A stretch of 63,197 bases of DNA, filler included, from Octopus bimaculoides (taxonomy: Eukaryota), in NCBI RefSeq assembly GCF_001194135.2. It is 4 parts of 4 records of this genome, joined end to end, with 100 filler letters (N's around TTAATTAATTAA, not from the genome) between each part and the next. Parts side by side here need not be neighbours in the genome. Positions count along the whole stretch, not along the records: positions 1 to 25,016 come from NC_068989.1; 3 more parts are not named here. One strand, given 5' to 3'. A program made the translations under genes and the position numbers. The notes beneath the pieces were generated by a model. That model did not search any database. It saw nothing but the letters and a program-made list of their open reading frames with translations, and had not been told where the DNA came from. How positions within the stretch are numbered: the stretch's first letter is position 1; each line of letters begins with the position of its first letter. Positions 1-13,779 of the stretch are shown piece after piece.

Positions 1-138
1 AAAGATTATCTTCGTTAAAAGACCGCTTCCTTCAAATCTTCCACCGGTTCTGTTGCCTAATTCCATCGATGTTATTGGATTAGATATGTTTTTGTATAGG
101 GAGCCCGGTGTAGCACATCCATGTTGTTATTCAGCCCC

Positions 139-165
139 TTATTATTATTATTATTATTATTATTA

Positions 166-250
<85 letters not shown>

Positions 251-252
251 TA
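139..252. repeat. (TTA)n microsatellite
   Basis: Direct; a second (TTA)n tract lies at about 767-824. Confidence 0.95.
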
Positions 253-715
253 CCACTGTCGATACGTTGTATATCTAACCTTTTTATTTCGGATTTTGGG
301 TGGTGCATCGTAAATCCTGTCATTATTTGTATTGTTTTCTTGTCTTTTATTTTAGTTAGTTCATTTAGAGTCCTGTTAAGAATATTGTAGCTGTAACTTA
401 TAAATGGGACGGCTAAAGTGTTGATACCTATTATCTTGTTTTCTCATTGAGCTCTGTTTTCAGTATTAATCTAAATCGACTATAGTATTATTTTCTTGTC
501 TTCTTTTTCATTTGTGAGTTTTGTATCGTGTCTAGTGCATTGATTTCCAAGTATTTGTATGTCTAGCTTTCGTCTAATTCTCTTATTTCATTTGCTTTAT
601 CTAGTCTGATGCTGCCATTCTTAACTAGTTTTCCTCTTTTAAAGGTTGCTTTGGCACATTTTTCTCAGCCAAATTTGGCTTAGAAGTCTTTAGAAAAATA
701 AGGTTGGAATATACC
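252..715 (-). mobile_element. Degenerate R4/Dong-clade non-LTR retrotransposon RT fragment
   Basis: Minus-strand translation gives FG*EKCAKATFKRGKLVK, then RFRLILKTELN and TLAVPFISYSYNILNRTLNELTKIKDKKTIQIMTGFTMHHPKSEIKRLDIQRIDSG. This matches the R4/Dong post-RT motifs (FGLDKCAK; AVP...MHHPKSDVDRLY). It has frameshifts and stops and is bounded by (TTA)n tracts. Confidence 0.8.
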
Positions 716-767
716 TCTTCCGATGGAAATGGCTTTGGTTTTTATGACTTCCTCTTTTGTCTAGAGA

Positions 768-825
<58 letters not shown>

Positions 826-879
826 TAGTTTTGATCTACATGTTTGTTCCAGCAGCAGCATAGACTATGTCTTCAGAAT

Positions 880-2090
880 ATTAATTGTTTATGCCTTGTC
901 ATTGGGTGGATCTGTTAGATCTTTTTCCGACGTCTAAATACCTTTCAAAAAATGTCGTACTCTTTTGTGCTGGTGCGTGGTGGGAACCGCATCTTGGTTG
1001 CAGAAAAGAACGGTGTAAGGCTACCTGATATGTGAGAGGGATGCAATACCTTCGATAAAATGCTCTAATTTTTCGAAAATTCAGCCAAGATAAGTAAGCT
1101 CGGCACCTGAAGTGGAAGGTCCATGACGTTCAACTGCGTCGTGGGAAGATAGACTGACTGGTCGGTCAAATTGTTCCCGGTCTGATTTGTTCCAGATTTT
1201 CAAAGGAAAAACCTTGGGACAATATGATGTGCAGAGTGGCCAGTGTCACTCAGAAATTAACCTACAGAAAACTCGGCTTGAAAGGTCGGGCAGAGGTCAC
1301 TTCCGTCATACATTACTTTCCTGACTATTGTGCCTTGCCCCAGTTCACGTCTCACTTACTCTGGAGGGGAGGTGTCCCAGTGGTCACACATTTAGTTTGT
1401 TGTCAACACGTACTGAATACTGTGATAGATGATTTGCAAACGTGCACTAAGACAGTGAGATTTGTGTGTTTTTACGGTAATCAAGGGCGGTCGCAGATCC
1501 TTAGTCTCACTTTCCTCTCTTTGATTGAGCGGATCTCCAAGATCAATTTGTAACTCCTCAAAATTTATTCTCTTTAAAGTTTTCACATTTCAATTTTTTA
1601 TTTCGCTGGATAAAATTCTTTTCTAGGATCAATTGTAAGTTGATGGGGAATTTAACTTGCGTTTCACGGTCGTATCAAAATAAGAAGCAAGCAATTTTTT
1701 ATAGTCTCAGATCAATTGAAATAGAGTTAATCGAAGATGAAAGCTTCAGCCATTAACATGCCATTTTCAGGTCTTTAGAGTTATTTAAGAATGTATTATG
1801 TAATGCGTCATAACCATTTTTCAGGATTTTAAATGCGCATTTGTGAGATAAGCGGCCGCATAAAGCTTTTCACGTTGATATGTGTATAAATGAGAAAAAA
1901 TAAGTATGCTAGGCATCTAGGAATGCTTTTTAGCTAATTGGATTCGTATCAATATGGGTAACTGAGTATATTGATGAGAATATTGAAGAAGAAAGAGATA
2001 TTCCGGAGATGTGAGATTTTTAGAGTTTGAAAACTACTTATTGTAGCTGTTGATATTTACTGCCCTCTCAGTATTAGGGAATATAATTTT
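880..2090 (-). mobile_element. Possible highly decayed Penelope-like element ORF 5' region
   Basis: Broken minus-strand translation (GSKYQQLQ*VVFKL..., ILSQGFSF, FHFRCRAYL) resembles the N-terminal region of Penelope-like ORFs (LSKGLxF, FFRRLRLRAY). It has many stops and is recognised from memory only. Confidence 0.35.
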
Positions 2091-2912
2091 TTTTCGGTAT
2101 TTTTTTGTTTATCCACGTAGAAAAATACAGAGATTTCGAAACATGGGAATATATACATATTTTACAGTTTAAATTTTCTTAAAGAAACACTCAATGCCCC
2201 TTCCCCCACTTCGCCCACCCACCACCTACCCGTTTTCTAAAGGCCACAAACTCCTAAAGTTTCACTTTCGTCGCGTAGAATTGTACTAAAATAGCATATG
2301 TGAAAAATATCAGATCACCACCAGAAAACTGGACATGCTAGAAACAACAGNNNNNNNNNNNNNNNNNNNNNNNNNNNNNNNNNNNNNNNNNNNNNNNNNN
2401 NNNNNNNNNNNNNNNNNNNNNNNNNNNNNNNNNNNNNNNNNNNNNNNNNNNNNNNNNNNNNNNNNNNNNNNNNNNNNNNNNNNNNNNNNNNNNNNNNNNN
2501 NNNNNNNNNNNNNNNNNNNNNNNNNNNNNNNNNNNNNNNNNNNNNNNNNNNNNNNNNNNNNNNNNNNNNNNNNNNNNNNNNNNNNNNNNNNNNNNNNNNN
2601 NNNNNNNNNNNNNNNNNNNNNNNNNNNNNNNNNNNNNNNNNNNNNNNNNNNNNNNNNNNNNNNNNNNNNNNNNNNNNNNNNNNNNNNNNNNNNNNNNNNN
2701 NNNNNNNNNNNNNNNNNNNNNNNNNNNNNNNNNNNNNNNNNNNNNNNNNNNNNNNNNNNNNNNNNNNNNNNNNNNNNNNNNNNNNNNNNNNNNNNNNNNN
2801 NNNNNNNNNNNNNNNNNNNNNNNNNNNNNNNNNNNNNNNNNNNNNNNNNNNNNNNNNNNNNNNNNNNNNNNNNNNNNNNNNNNNNNNNNNNNNNNNNNNN
2901 NNNNNNNNNNNN

Positions 2913-2950
<38 letters not shown>

Positions 2951-3226
2951 AATAGATGTAAGTATGTATGTATATGTATGCACGCATGTATGCATGCATG
3001 TATAAGTAAATGTTCATGTTGGACGTTGTCTGAGTATATATATACACAAAATGAATAAGTTTATCTGAAATGAATATGCTTATATGTATCACGAATTCAA
3101 AATAAAATAAAATAATCGACTCTTGTGCATATGTGCGCAGAGTTGATACGAGTCTAGTATGGCTAGTGATACACATAAGCATATTCATTTCAGATAAGCT
3201 TATTCATTTTGTGTGTGTGTGTGTGC

Positions 3227-3264
<38 letters not shown>

Positions 3265-4009
3265 CTGCGTTTCTAGTATGTTACTATGTATACCTAATAT
3301 GTATGCGTGCTAATCTATTTATACGTGATTACGTTTGTATATGTGTGTATGCGGCCGGATGTACGTGCATTAGCTTAAGAATGTGTGTGCACCTCGTACA
3401 TCAGACTTCTTCACGAAAAGCGATGGCTAGAAGCTTAAAACGAACACTTAGCTCTTGTTATAGCAGGAAATTAATTAATTTGTTGTCCTGTGTTGTTGTT
3501 GTTTTCGTTTCTAGATGTATTCCCAATGGCTGACAAAAACGCATTTCTGGATTAACCTCGGTTGATTTTTTATTATAATACCACGCAAAATGAATGCGAA
3601 CTTGTTAATTTTGACATGAGGTATATTGAACACCTACTCTTTCTATACCAAGCCTGCCTGAAAACATACATAAACTTTCGTGCAGAACGTTCTCGGAAAA
3701 AGTGAATCCATGTTTACCAAGACGTAATACGAACCCAGTAATAGAGCATACACGTGGATCATTTCAGTAGGCTATTGCTTGACAATCTACTTTATATTCT
3801 TTTGCTACTGCAAAGATTAAAGTCTTAACCCACTTAGAAACACCAGTGCACTCCCTGTCATGTTCCATGCGGAGTGCCAACGTCCGAAACTTAAATATCT
3901 TTCTTTCCCACACACAGAAACATACACACACACAAACACACACACACATACACATACACATACACACTAACACACGCTCGCTCACTCTCCTTCTCTCACT
4001 CTCCCCCTC

Positions 4010-4184
4010 TCACTCTCCCCCTCTCACTCTCTTTGTCTTCTTGCTGAAAGGGAAACTTTTACTGGATTAAATGTGCATACACAAATGCGCGCGCACACGA
4101 AGACGTATTGATTCGACTCAAAAATACGCACACACATATATTTACATGTGTATGCGTATACTTGGGTATAGACATATGCTGTAA

Positions 4185-4217
<33 letters not shown>

Positions 4218-4400
4218 AACTAACACATGCTCACTACCCCCTCGTTCTCACTCTACCTGTCTTCTTGCTGAAAGAAAACTTTTGCTAGATTAAATGCACA
4301 CAAACAAACACGCGCGCGCACAAAGAGATATAGATTCAACTCAGAAATACGCACACATATATTTACATGTGTATGCGCATGCCTGGGTATAGACCTTTGT
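4010..4400. repeat. ~225-bp local tandem duplication
   Basis: TGTCTTCTTGCTGAAAG...TATATTTACATGTGTATGCG...GGGTATAGAC occurs starting at about 4033 and about 4258. Confidence 0.85.
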
Positions 4401-5019
4401 TGTCAATATACTCATGTGTGCATGCTTATATGAAGATAAATGCGGATGCGTATTTACATTCCTGTGTATATGCTTATGCATTTATGTATGTATAGGTTTG
4501 TATTTTCAATTATTGTTATTGTTTTTTAAAAGACGTCTTTCATTCATTTTTTTTATAGCTTCTTTATCTATATTTATGGATTTTTACATTACTATATTTT
4601 TTCAATAATTGGTATTACGAACACCATCTATGATAATTTTATTTGTCATCCCTGCTGATATTTTAACTAAAATTCGATTGGCATTATCGCCAATAATATA
4701 CGTAAAACGTACAACAGCAGCAGAGAGTAATTGCGGTACTATTATCTAAGGAATGAATAATGTCTGAAGTAATGGAGACGGTATTCATTTCAACTCCTTA
4801 CGTAAAGTTAATATGATATTTCTCGTACATCTATCTTTCCTCTTCTAGCAAGGGGTCTTGGTTAAAAGAAATACACAGCGGCACATTAATCAGTGATAGG
4901 AGAGACTACATATATTAGTCCTTTCATTGTTGCCATTTCGGAGTCATTTTAAAACAGTTTTCTCTATATTTGCATTCGCGTCTTTGTATGCGCGGGCGCG
5001 TGTGCGTGTGTATACAGAG

Positions 5020-5480
5020 TACAAGGGGTATTTCAGGAGATTTCGTTTTCAGTTCATTACACCCTTATTTTCAGATAAGCCTTTCAAGATATGCTACCTC
5101 AAGAAATGTAGACATGTAGCCATAGTTGCTCTACATACAATCCACAGTGATTTAGAAATCAGCAACTTTCTAAATGTTACAAGATCATTTGTATACAAAG
5201 TTCTGATGGAACTGGAGGCATGTAATGCTAATATTTCACCTGTATCAAAGAGAAAAAGACATTCATAACGCTGACATGAACAGGACACCGAAATTTATAA
5301 ATGTTCGAAACATTATCGATGAAAACTCCAGAAGATCAATGACATCTACTTCTAAAGAACCTCGGATATTAGAGTGAACTATCAGAACTGTGGTACATTG
5401 TGACATTCGATACAAGTCCTATGTAATGAGTAGAGGCCAATTTGTGTCTGCAAAAACGCAAGAAAGCCGTTTCATCCATT
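5020..5480 (+). mobile_element. Tc1/mariner (DD37D/maT-like) transposase 5' fragment
   Basis: Translation CRHVAIVALHTIHSDLEISNFLNVTRSFVYKVLMEL...SKRKRHS, then IIDENSRRSM...TIRTVVHCDIRYKSYVMSRGQF, gives two HTH-type regions of a mariner-like transposase, with stops and frameshifts. Confidence 0.7.
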
Positions 5481-6253
5481 CATAACGATGTGTGTATGTT
5501 ATGTAGAAAGAGAGAAGTTAAGCAAGGAAAGAAGCAAGAAGAGAGATAGAAAGTCAGACAGACAAACAGACCGATAAAGAATTAGATAAGTAGATAGATA
5601 ACTAGATTGATTGATAGATAGATAGATAGATAGACAGATAGATGAAGTCTTAAGCAGTGCATTAAATCACTACCGGAAGTAATAAATGGCGTCAATATGC
5701 TACATGCAGAGGAAAGATTGACCTAACTATTCATCGCACATGTGATTAACTTTAAATTAACGATAAATGTGTAAGAATTCTTGTCTTAATTCGTAGATGG
5801 AAATACACATAAGTCTCCTAATTGATTCATGTGTACAATTACATTTAAAACATGACAGTAATGGCATAAATAGTGTACAGCGTTTGACTATTGTGTTCAA
5901 ATAACCTGACATAATGTGAAGATGATGCATTGTGGTTAGATGCTAGCGAATATAATCTGCTTAACATTCTAATACTTATTCAGGTTTACGTAGTCAAACA
6001 CATGGTCTATTCTCTTTCCCAATGCATTTCTCTATTTCAACTAGTCCTTCTCTCTGCATTCATGAATCACATGAACACAGGCATATACGTATTTTATGCA
6101 TGTATTACACATATACACACTCACGCACACATATGTATGTATGTATGAATGTATGTATGTATGTATGTATGTATATGTATGTATGTATATGTATGTATGT
6201 ATGTATATGCATGTGTGTGTGTATGTATGTATATATATATATATATATATAAT

Positions 6254-6284
<31 letters not shown>

Positions 6285-6534
6285 TTGTGAGCGTGTATGT
6301 GTATTTCGAAAACATCTTTGCTTTGAGGCTTGTATCAATAACATAACTGTTCTCGTTTCATCATTTATATCTTTATTAATTTGTTTCTTCTCAATTATAT
6401 TTTGTGAGTTCTTCGCAATTTGTTTGCAGACATGAAATTTCTAAGGTTATCATCATCATTTCTAATCCTCAAAAGTCTTCTTCAAACATAATATGAGGGC
6501 GGCCTGTTACGTTTGTGAATTAGCATTGTTGGTA

Positions 6535-6790
6535 AGGGCGCATGTTCTAATGGTTAGGATGTTGCACTTTGTATCGTGAGACCATGATTTCAATTCCTGC
6601 TCGAAGTGATAAACTGAGTTCTTGAGCAAAACACTTCATCTCACATTGTTCTGGGATCACTTCGACACTTAGCGTGTGGAACATCGTGCACCTGTTTAGG
6701 TAACTTTAATTTGATAGAGTGAATGAGCTAATATACATTAGAGTAACAACTTGTTCAGCAAGAAATTACAGATCTGTCTTTCTCGGGACA
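6535..6790 (+). mobile_element. tRNA-derived SINE, family C (decayed)
   Basis: The A/B-box-like head (TGGTTAGG...TTCAATTCC) is followed by TTCTTGAGCAAAACACTTCAT, which is shared with the copy at 54343 and partly with the copy at 49225. Confidence 0.7.
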
Positions 6791-8490
6791 CGAGAGACTG
6801 CCATCATCATTATTGTTAAGTTCAATGTTATTGCTATATACTTTAAAACCAGAATTTTTGAATTTCGAACGTTAGATATATTATTTAATATAGATATATA
6901 CTTTCACATTGCAAAGCGTATATGCTAAGTTCACAAATTTCCCCTCTTCAGATTGTGTTTCACTTGCAGTCGAGGTGTAGTGCATTTCAATCGTTTTTGA
7001 TTTAAGTGCATAAAAATTAGCTACGGTGTAAGTTCACTATAAGTTCACTATAATACATATAGGGCTTTGTAGTTGAGAAGCTTCATGTTTGCATTCATTT
7101 AGTCATTAAAACTTCTGACCCATTCTTGTGCTATTTTTTATCATTGCAAGCGTTTCAAGATTTATTGTTTCCGTATTATATGAAGTATTCGTTAACGGTT
7201 TTGTTCTGCTGCAATTAATGTTCCGCTTCATGAGTTTATGATTTCTCCATTCTATAATTAGCACTTATTTCCCTCATATAGGCATGCAGTTATTTGAAAA
7301 TATGACTTTGCCTGCATAGCTACGAACCTACCTTTGGCATGGCGTAGCATCCATTCAGGCATCCTGCCAGAGATACTATGAGGTTATGGGAGTGCAGAAG
7401 AAGAGCTCAAGCTGAGCCAAGGGTGCTACTTACAGTGATGCTGAGAATTTAAGAGATCAACGGTTAGAATCAGCAAGCCTAATCAAGTGAGTAACTGCAA
7501 CGCATCCAGTGGGGTGACGTCCATGTTTGCGTAGCTAGGTAAAGAAAGGTTCAAAATGACTGAAGCTCCGAATTAGAATTCATAATAATGGAATTGGATG
7601 GTGACAGAGAGTCATGGGAATCCACGAAAGCAGCGGTAATATCGTAAATTCCATTGATTGTGGAACCCTCCTAAATGCTTACTCTAAAACCAAATGCACT
7701 TCATCATAAGACTGAGACTATGACGTTTCAGTATCATTGATGTGTTGGTTATAAACTTAAGGGATCCAAGCAAATTTCAAGAAACACACACGAACGTGTG
7801 CAAAACATATGTCTGGTACACAAAATTAGAACAAAGTCTTGTATACTATAATATATCAATGCGCGTGTGCAGGTACACACACACACACACACACACACAC
7901 ATACTCACACACACATACACACACACACACACACACAAGGAGTCAAAATCATATATGGACACAATATATTTTTATGTGTATGTGTGTGTATAAGTGCATG
8001 CGTGAGTGCATAAGTGCGTGTGTTCGTGTATGTGCATGCGTGTTGTGTATGTGTTTGTGTGTAAAGACACATTGATTAACACATACGTGTATACGACACA
8101 GATATGATTTAAGAAAAGAGTTCGGCGAGGAAGAGAACTTCACAGGATAAAGAATAAATTAGATTAAATACATATTTGCAGAAAATATGGCATCAAAGAG
8201 CACGAAACACGAAAAGGACAAGGCATAAGTAATTCTGAGCGTAAGCAAAACATCAAGGAACGTTAATTTACATATTGTTTGCAATTCTCAACAGAGAAAA
8301 TGATACAATCAATATAATGTTCGTTGGAAAAGCGGCATGATGCAAATGCGCTGCTTCCATAGATTTTATTGACGAGGAGAGTATTGAAGATCTGTTTGTA
8401 CAATTGCAAATTTTGACATTACTTTCGTTTGTGTATTTGCTGACTGCAAAATATATATTCTTGGAGGTCATATCTATCTATCTATCTACA

Positions 8491-8550
<60 letters not shown>

Positions 8551-8551
8551 A

Positions 8552-8605
<54 letters not shown>

Positions 8606-8641
8606 TTATATATCTATCTACACACACACACATATATACAT

Positions 8642-8850
8642 AGGGAGAATTCAAAAAAAAAAAGACGATGACAGGTGGTGTGGACAACAAACAAATACAT
8701 TAGTATAACGCTTCAGAAGTGAAATAGTCTTTAACGTTTCGAGCCTACGTTCTTCCACAGAAAGGAACACAGAATGAAACAAAGAGAGAAACAAGGAGAG
8801 AAAAATAGAGAGAAAAAAAGAAGAACGTGTAGTGGCTAGCGAGCTATCAT
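8642..8850 (-). mobile_element. Penelope-like terminal (pLTR-type) fragment
   Basis: The minus strand contains CTGTGGAAGAACGTAGGCTCGAAACGTT, a CTG...GAAAC motif typical of Penelope pLTR ends, and ends against an (AT)/(ATCT) microsatellite. Confidence 0.55.
8729..8764 (-). ncRNA. Minimal Penelope-type hammerhead-like motif (variant core)
   Basis: Sequence CUUU-CUGUGGA-A-GAAC-GUAG-GCUC-GAAAC-GUU-AAAG has a 4-bp stem I, an imperfect stem II and a palindromic AACGUU stem III. The core has A6->U. Confidence 0.4.
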
Positions 8851-8853
8851 GGG

Positions 8854-8887
<34 letters not shown>

Positions 8888-8980
8888 ATAAGGATCCGCA
8901 GTGTTGCCATAGTATACAAGCTAAAGCATTCAGAGTGAAGTCGCTTGGCAAAAATTGACCTTGCACTCTGCTATGCATAC

Positions 8981-9656
8981 GCACTAAGTTTTAACGTTCT
9001 AGCTCACTGTTTGCAGCAGTGCTTAGAATGAAGGTGTGTAGCGTATGATCGTCGCATTGGCAATGACAGAGAAAGTTGTCATGGGATACCTGCTCAGAAG
9101 CCTACGCTAAGTTACAGAAAGTGTACGGATACGAGTGTATGAGCTGCGTACAAGTGTACGTGTAGTTCAAACGTTTCCAAGATGGTAAAAAAATGTCGAT
9201 ATTGACGAACGTTTTGGGTGACCCGCAGCCAGCAGGACTGAGTATAATATCACAGATGTGTATGCAGCTGTGAGTGGAAATTGTCGAATCACAATCCGGG
9301 AGTTACCAGATGATATACAGTTTAGTTACGGTTCAGTTCATTCCATTATCACTGATGATTTCTGTAAGAGATACGTGCCTGCCTAGTTTGTGCCAAAATT
9401 GCTTTCAGCTGGCTAAGAAGACACTCAGGTTTCAGTTGCACAAGATTTCCTTGATTGTGTCGAGAACGATAAAAAAAACTTTTTGAAAACTTTGCGTAGG
9501 CCTCTGAGCAGATATCACCAAGCTTTTAGCAAAATTTGATGCAGATTCTCTGCACAACTTTCTCTGTGATGGTCGATGTGACGATCACACGTTACACACG
9601 TTCCTTCCAAGCACTACTGTAAACAGTGGAAGTGAGAGAACATTAAAACTTAGTGC
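8981..9656 (+). mobile_element. Internally deleted mariner (DD34D-type) with long (~80 bp) imperfect inverted repeats
   Basis: 8981-9058 is the reverse complement of about 9576-9656. The internal translation RITIRELPDDIQFSYGSVHSIITDDF...FVPKLLS...VSVAQDFLDCVENDKKNFLKT matches the mariner HTH and WVPxxL region. Confidence 0.8.
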
Positions 9657-9711
9657 ACTCTATATTCAANNNNNNNNNNNNNNNNNNNNNNNNNNNNNNN
9701 NNNNNNNNNNN

Positions 9712-9797
<86 letters not shown>

Positions 9798-11271
9798 TAT
9801 AACCATATTTTAAAACTGCTAATACGAATGAAAAGCGTAGTATTATAAAATTTAAATCCTGAAATTTCTGAAATTAATTTAAACCACGAAAATCATAAAA
9901 TGTTTTTAGACAATATATTGCTATTGCTCAGAATACGGTAAAGACAATTTCTTTTTAAAACAGTAAATCAGATGAATACACTCATCAGTTGCTATTCTCA
10001 GGTCGTTATCTCCTGTACGAAATGTTACCTCCAGATCTTGTGTTTCGTTCTAGCGTGTTACATCGTGTCACCACGGTCATTACATGGTCTTGCTTTAATA
10101 GCTATAAATTAAAATAAGTCTAAGCAATAATGTCCTGGTATTACAAAGAAGTCGGATATGTAAAACATGGTTATTGTGAAGAAGCAAATACTAGGTGTGA
10201 CTTTATAATGGATGAAACATTGTGAACAATTATATAAAAAAAAAAAAATAGGTGATAAGGAAAGAAGTAAATCCGCATGAATTTAATGTGCGTCATCTGA
10301 AAGCAACAGGCATTTATGAATCAAGTAAAGTGTCTTTTGCCTACTAGATAAGGCTACATAGACTGTTGTTCTTCAGAACTTAATTTCTTCCACAAAGGCG
10401 TGAAGCATGCCAAAGAAATTGTTTTCTATCTAAACTTCCACCAACGTCAGTTAGTTTTGGAGGATTTTTAATGACAGCAAGTGTCGTAATACAATGCGAT
10501 ATTAAACAAACATAGCTACCCACAACGTAATCTAGTCTTAATAGAGATATAAACACCATCTATTCTATTTATAACCATATTAGAAGAAAGAGTGGCGCAT
10601 CAATAAGGCTATAGGGGGTAGGGCAGCCATGACTGGTGGAAAGCCTAGGTCATTGTTACAATAAATCCTACAAAATAAAACTGCCCACTTTGAAATATAG
10701 AACTCAGCAACTATAAATCTTGGTGACGATGATATTTGGAATAATTCATTGTTGACAGGCAACTCTCCGCCTCCATATATATTCTTTTAGATATAAATGT
10801 CGAAAGCAATTGATACACGATGCATTGATCTCAGTCAAGAAATTCATATAATTGACAATTATGCATTATCGTGTGAGATATTTTTGTACACTAATTGATT
10901 AATGCTGACATACTGTAGGAGATAATGTAATTTCATCATAGCAAGCCAACACAAATATTAAAGAAGGAATTAACTAAATAGTTTTTTTCCCTATACTCGA
11001 ATGATAAAATTGTTCATGGAACCAATAACAATTTAATTAAATATCGGATAATTTCCTGGATCTATATACGCTTTTTGTCTTTTTTTTCTGAAAGTGCTCA
11101 CCCTCATATAAATAGCATTTCTTTTTTGTATAGATAATGACAGGATTGTAGCACAGTCCCTTGTGGCGTTCTCGAGGACAAGTTTTCATTCAAGATTTCA
11201 GCTTTGATGTTCTATCGATTACTTGACATATATATTCTATCGTTACTACAGAAGAATTATCTTCAGGGCTT

Positions 11272-11327
11272 TCATTTTATTTTATCTAGTTTCAGCTCAG
11301 GAGCTGTGGCCATGCTGGGGCACCGCC
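11272..11327 (-). mobile_element. SINE family A 3' tail fragment
   Basis: GTGGCCATGCTGGGGCACCGCC matches the reverse complement of the family A tail (compare 44755-44780). Confidence 0.6.
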
Positions 11328-12400
11328 ATTTATTGAGAATTTTATTTCAGTAACTTTTCTTGTATTAAATATCAACTTCGTATAAGAAAATTTCCTGGGG
11401 AGATTTCACAAAGAAAGTTCCAATGTCGTTCAATCGCACACGTAATTACAAGGCATATGCCTAAAAAAATGTGCTAAAGTTTGATTTAAACTTCATCTTT
11501 GTGATAACCAGTCATTGTGTAGGCAGCTCTGAAAATAAACTTTAGTATCTTAGTTATGTTCAAGTATACACGTATGCAAAGAGTAATCGGGATCTGGGCG
11601 GTTCCATATCGATTGTACATAAATGATACTATTTTGTCGTCACGATTCGAGAGATGAAGACACAACGTCGGTGGAAGATTTATTTACATAAAAAAAAGGA
11701 CATCTAAATACTACAAGGTACTCTGTAGAATATACAACTCACCTTACTTCTTTAAAAATAAACAGTAGTTATAACGTACTAAATTCTTCCAAGGCATTTT
11801 AAAGGAAATATTTTTTGAAATTACTTAAATGTTGATCCCATCTAAATTTCGTCTTTAACACATCTTTTAAGCACTCGGTTACTGCTATATTATGAATAGG
11901 TAAATTTACATAAAATCCTATACTTATGCCAATGTATGGATCGGCTCATTCATATAATACAGAGCAAGTTTACCTTAAACTTTATATATGTTCTCTAATG
12001 TAGATTCCTGATATATTTTGCTACACCATTTCAAAAAAAAAAAAAAGAAGAAAACTCAATGTATTTTATATAGAAGGTACACAAGCAACATAAAGCTTCA
12101 GATAATTTCTAAACGGAGCATATTTATTCTCATCGTTCCGTACACGGATCAGTCTGCTCACTGCCATCGAAGATATACGAGAATATTTGGAATAGCATTT
12201 ATCTAATAGCATATGTTTTATTTCATGTGCCTACTTAGCCAAAATTTCTACAGTCATTCTGCATAAACGAATGATATAAACCATTTTACATGTACATCAA
12301 TTATTTACTGTTATCCATCGTAAAAATTCACAAAATATCCAAGAAAGAAAGATTCACAGATGATTTCTATCGTCATTTTATGTCAGGGGCAAACATTTTC

Positions 12401-13200
12401 TGTTGGGAGACTTAAGTAAAAAGTGGTTCGATTTTTGTTGAATATGTTACTGTGGGGATGAGCCTGAAGAAGAGGGCCATGACGTCAATTGTCAAGGGAC
12501 TGACCGAAGAGGAAGCGTGAGAAGGGACATGCGGGGGTCGGGGCTGGACAGGGTCGTCCTCTTTTGGCCGGCCGAGGCATTGCAAACCGATGTGAAAGAA
12601 TTGGCTCTCGGGTTGGTGAGATTGCAGCTGCTTATACTGGGTGACAGGGTGGGGATGGATCGCCGGAGTGACTACTACTAGACGGTCAAAGGACGAGAGA
12701 GGAAGGTAGGTGNNNNNNNNNNGGGCTGGACAGGGTCGTCCTCTTTTGGCCGGCCGAGGCATTGCAAACCGATGTGAAAGAATTGGCTCTCGGGTTGGTG
12801 AGATTGCAGCTGCTTATACTGGGTGACAGGGTGGGGATGGATCGCCGGAGTGACTACTACTAGACGGTCAAAGGACGAGAGAGGAAGGTAGGTGAACAGC
12901 TTTTCATTTCCCGCGCGCGACAAGCTATTTCGGCAATTGTATACAGACTTCATTGTCGCCATGATATATGATGGCAGAGAAGATAAGGATCGGCAGTGCC
13001 CATCAGACCATTCTATGGCAAAGGTGACGTAGTAGCCTGGATTTGAAAGATCAAAGTTGTGGCCAGGCAACAAGGCATCGAAGATGTAGCAAACTTCATG
13101 GACCTGTATTTGGAGGGGAGTGCGCTGGCACTGTACCTCGAAATGGATGAAGAAGAACAGCTGAGCGCAGCAAAGATCGAGCAGCGCTTGAGAGAGGCTT
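12401..13200 (+). mobile_element. Gypsy-like LTR retrotransposon 5' fragment (LTR plus gag start)
   Basis: A GC-rich block starts at TG (12401). The gag-like translation IRPFYGKGDVVAWI*KIKVVARQQGIEDVANFMDLYLEGSALALYLEMDEEEQLSAAKIEQRLREA ends abruptly at about 13200. Confidence 0.7.
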
Positions 13201-13779
13201 ACAATTGTTTCATAGAAATGTACCCAGATATTCATAAATAGAACATCTTAATAGTCAAACTTGCAATCCTTAGTATGTAATATTTTAAGCAAAAACAAAA
13301 ATAAAGACGTTTAAAGTATATAGGTTTTTCTCATAGCCATCATTTTAGGGGATTTATATATTCGTTCTTCCAGCCACGCTTATTTGAATCTAGACTAAAA
13401 AAATAAATAGGAAGTGTGTGCTAGTATATCTTATATACAATTTGATTTCCTCTCTATGAAATCAATATATATCTCTATTTAAACCTCATTACAAAAATGT
13501 TTACTGGCCAAGCTGTATTTGTATGTACGTCCAAAATTACCAAAAATGGAGGTATATGTTATTTCAAATTTATATATAATTTTTTTCTTAACGGTCAACT
13601 CTTCTTTCGACTTAAGATTTTTCGTAAATTGATAGTTGGTACTAGGATGTGAGAATAATTGGTGGTTTATAATTTTTTTTTTGTTTTTGTTAGTATCCTA
13701 GTTTTCCATCAGCTATTCATCCAATGTCAGTGCCACTATTCCTTAAACACTTCTCGCTTGTATATGTGGATTACAATGA

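Noticed and set aside
7290-7740. GC-richer blocks at 7.3-7.7, 38.4-38.96 and 44.85-45.4 kb
   Set aside because: These are likely old LINE remnants, but no diagnostic motif could be read, so they are not annotated.
10580-11250. ORF 10580-10762 and a PQGTVL-like word at about 11150-11180 (minus)
   Set aside because: At best a very old LINE RT remnant, too degenerate to call.
12541-12894. ~172-bp perfect direct repeat that could suggest paired LTRs
   Set aside because: The identical copies abut a 10-N gap, the signature of an unmerged contig overlap.
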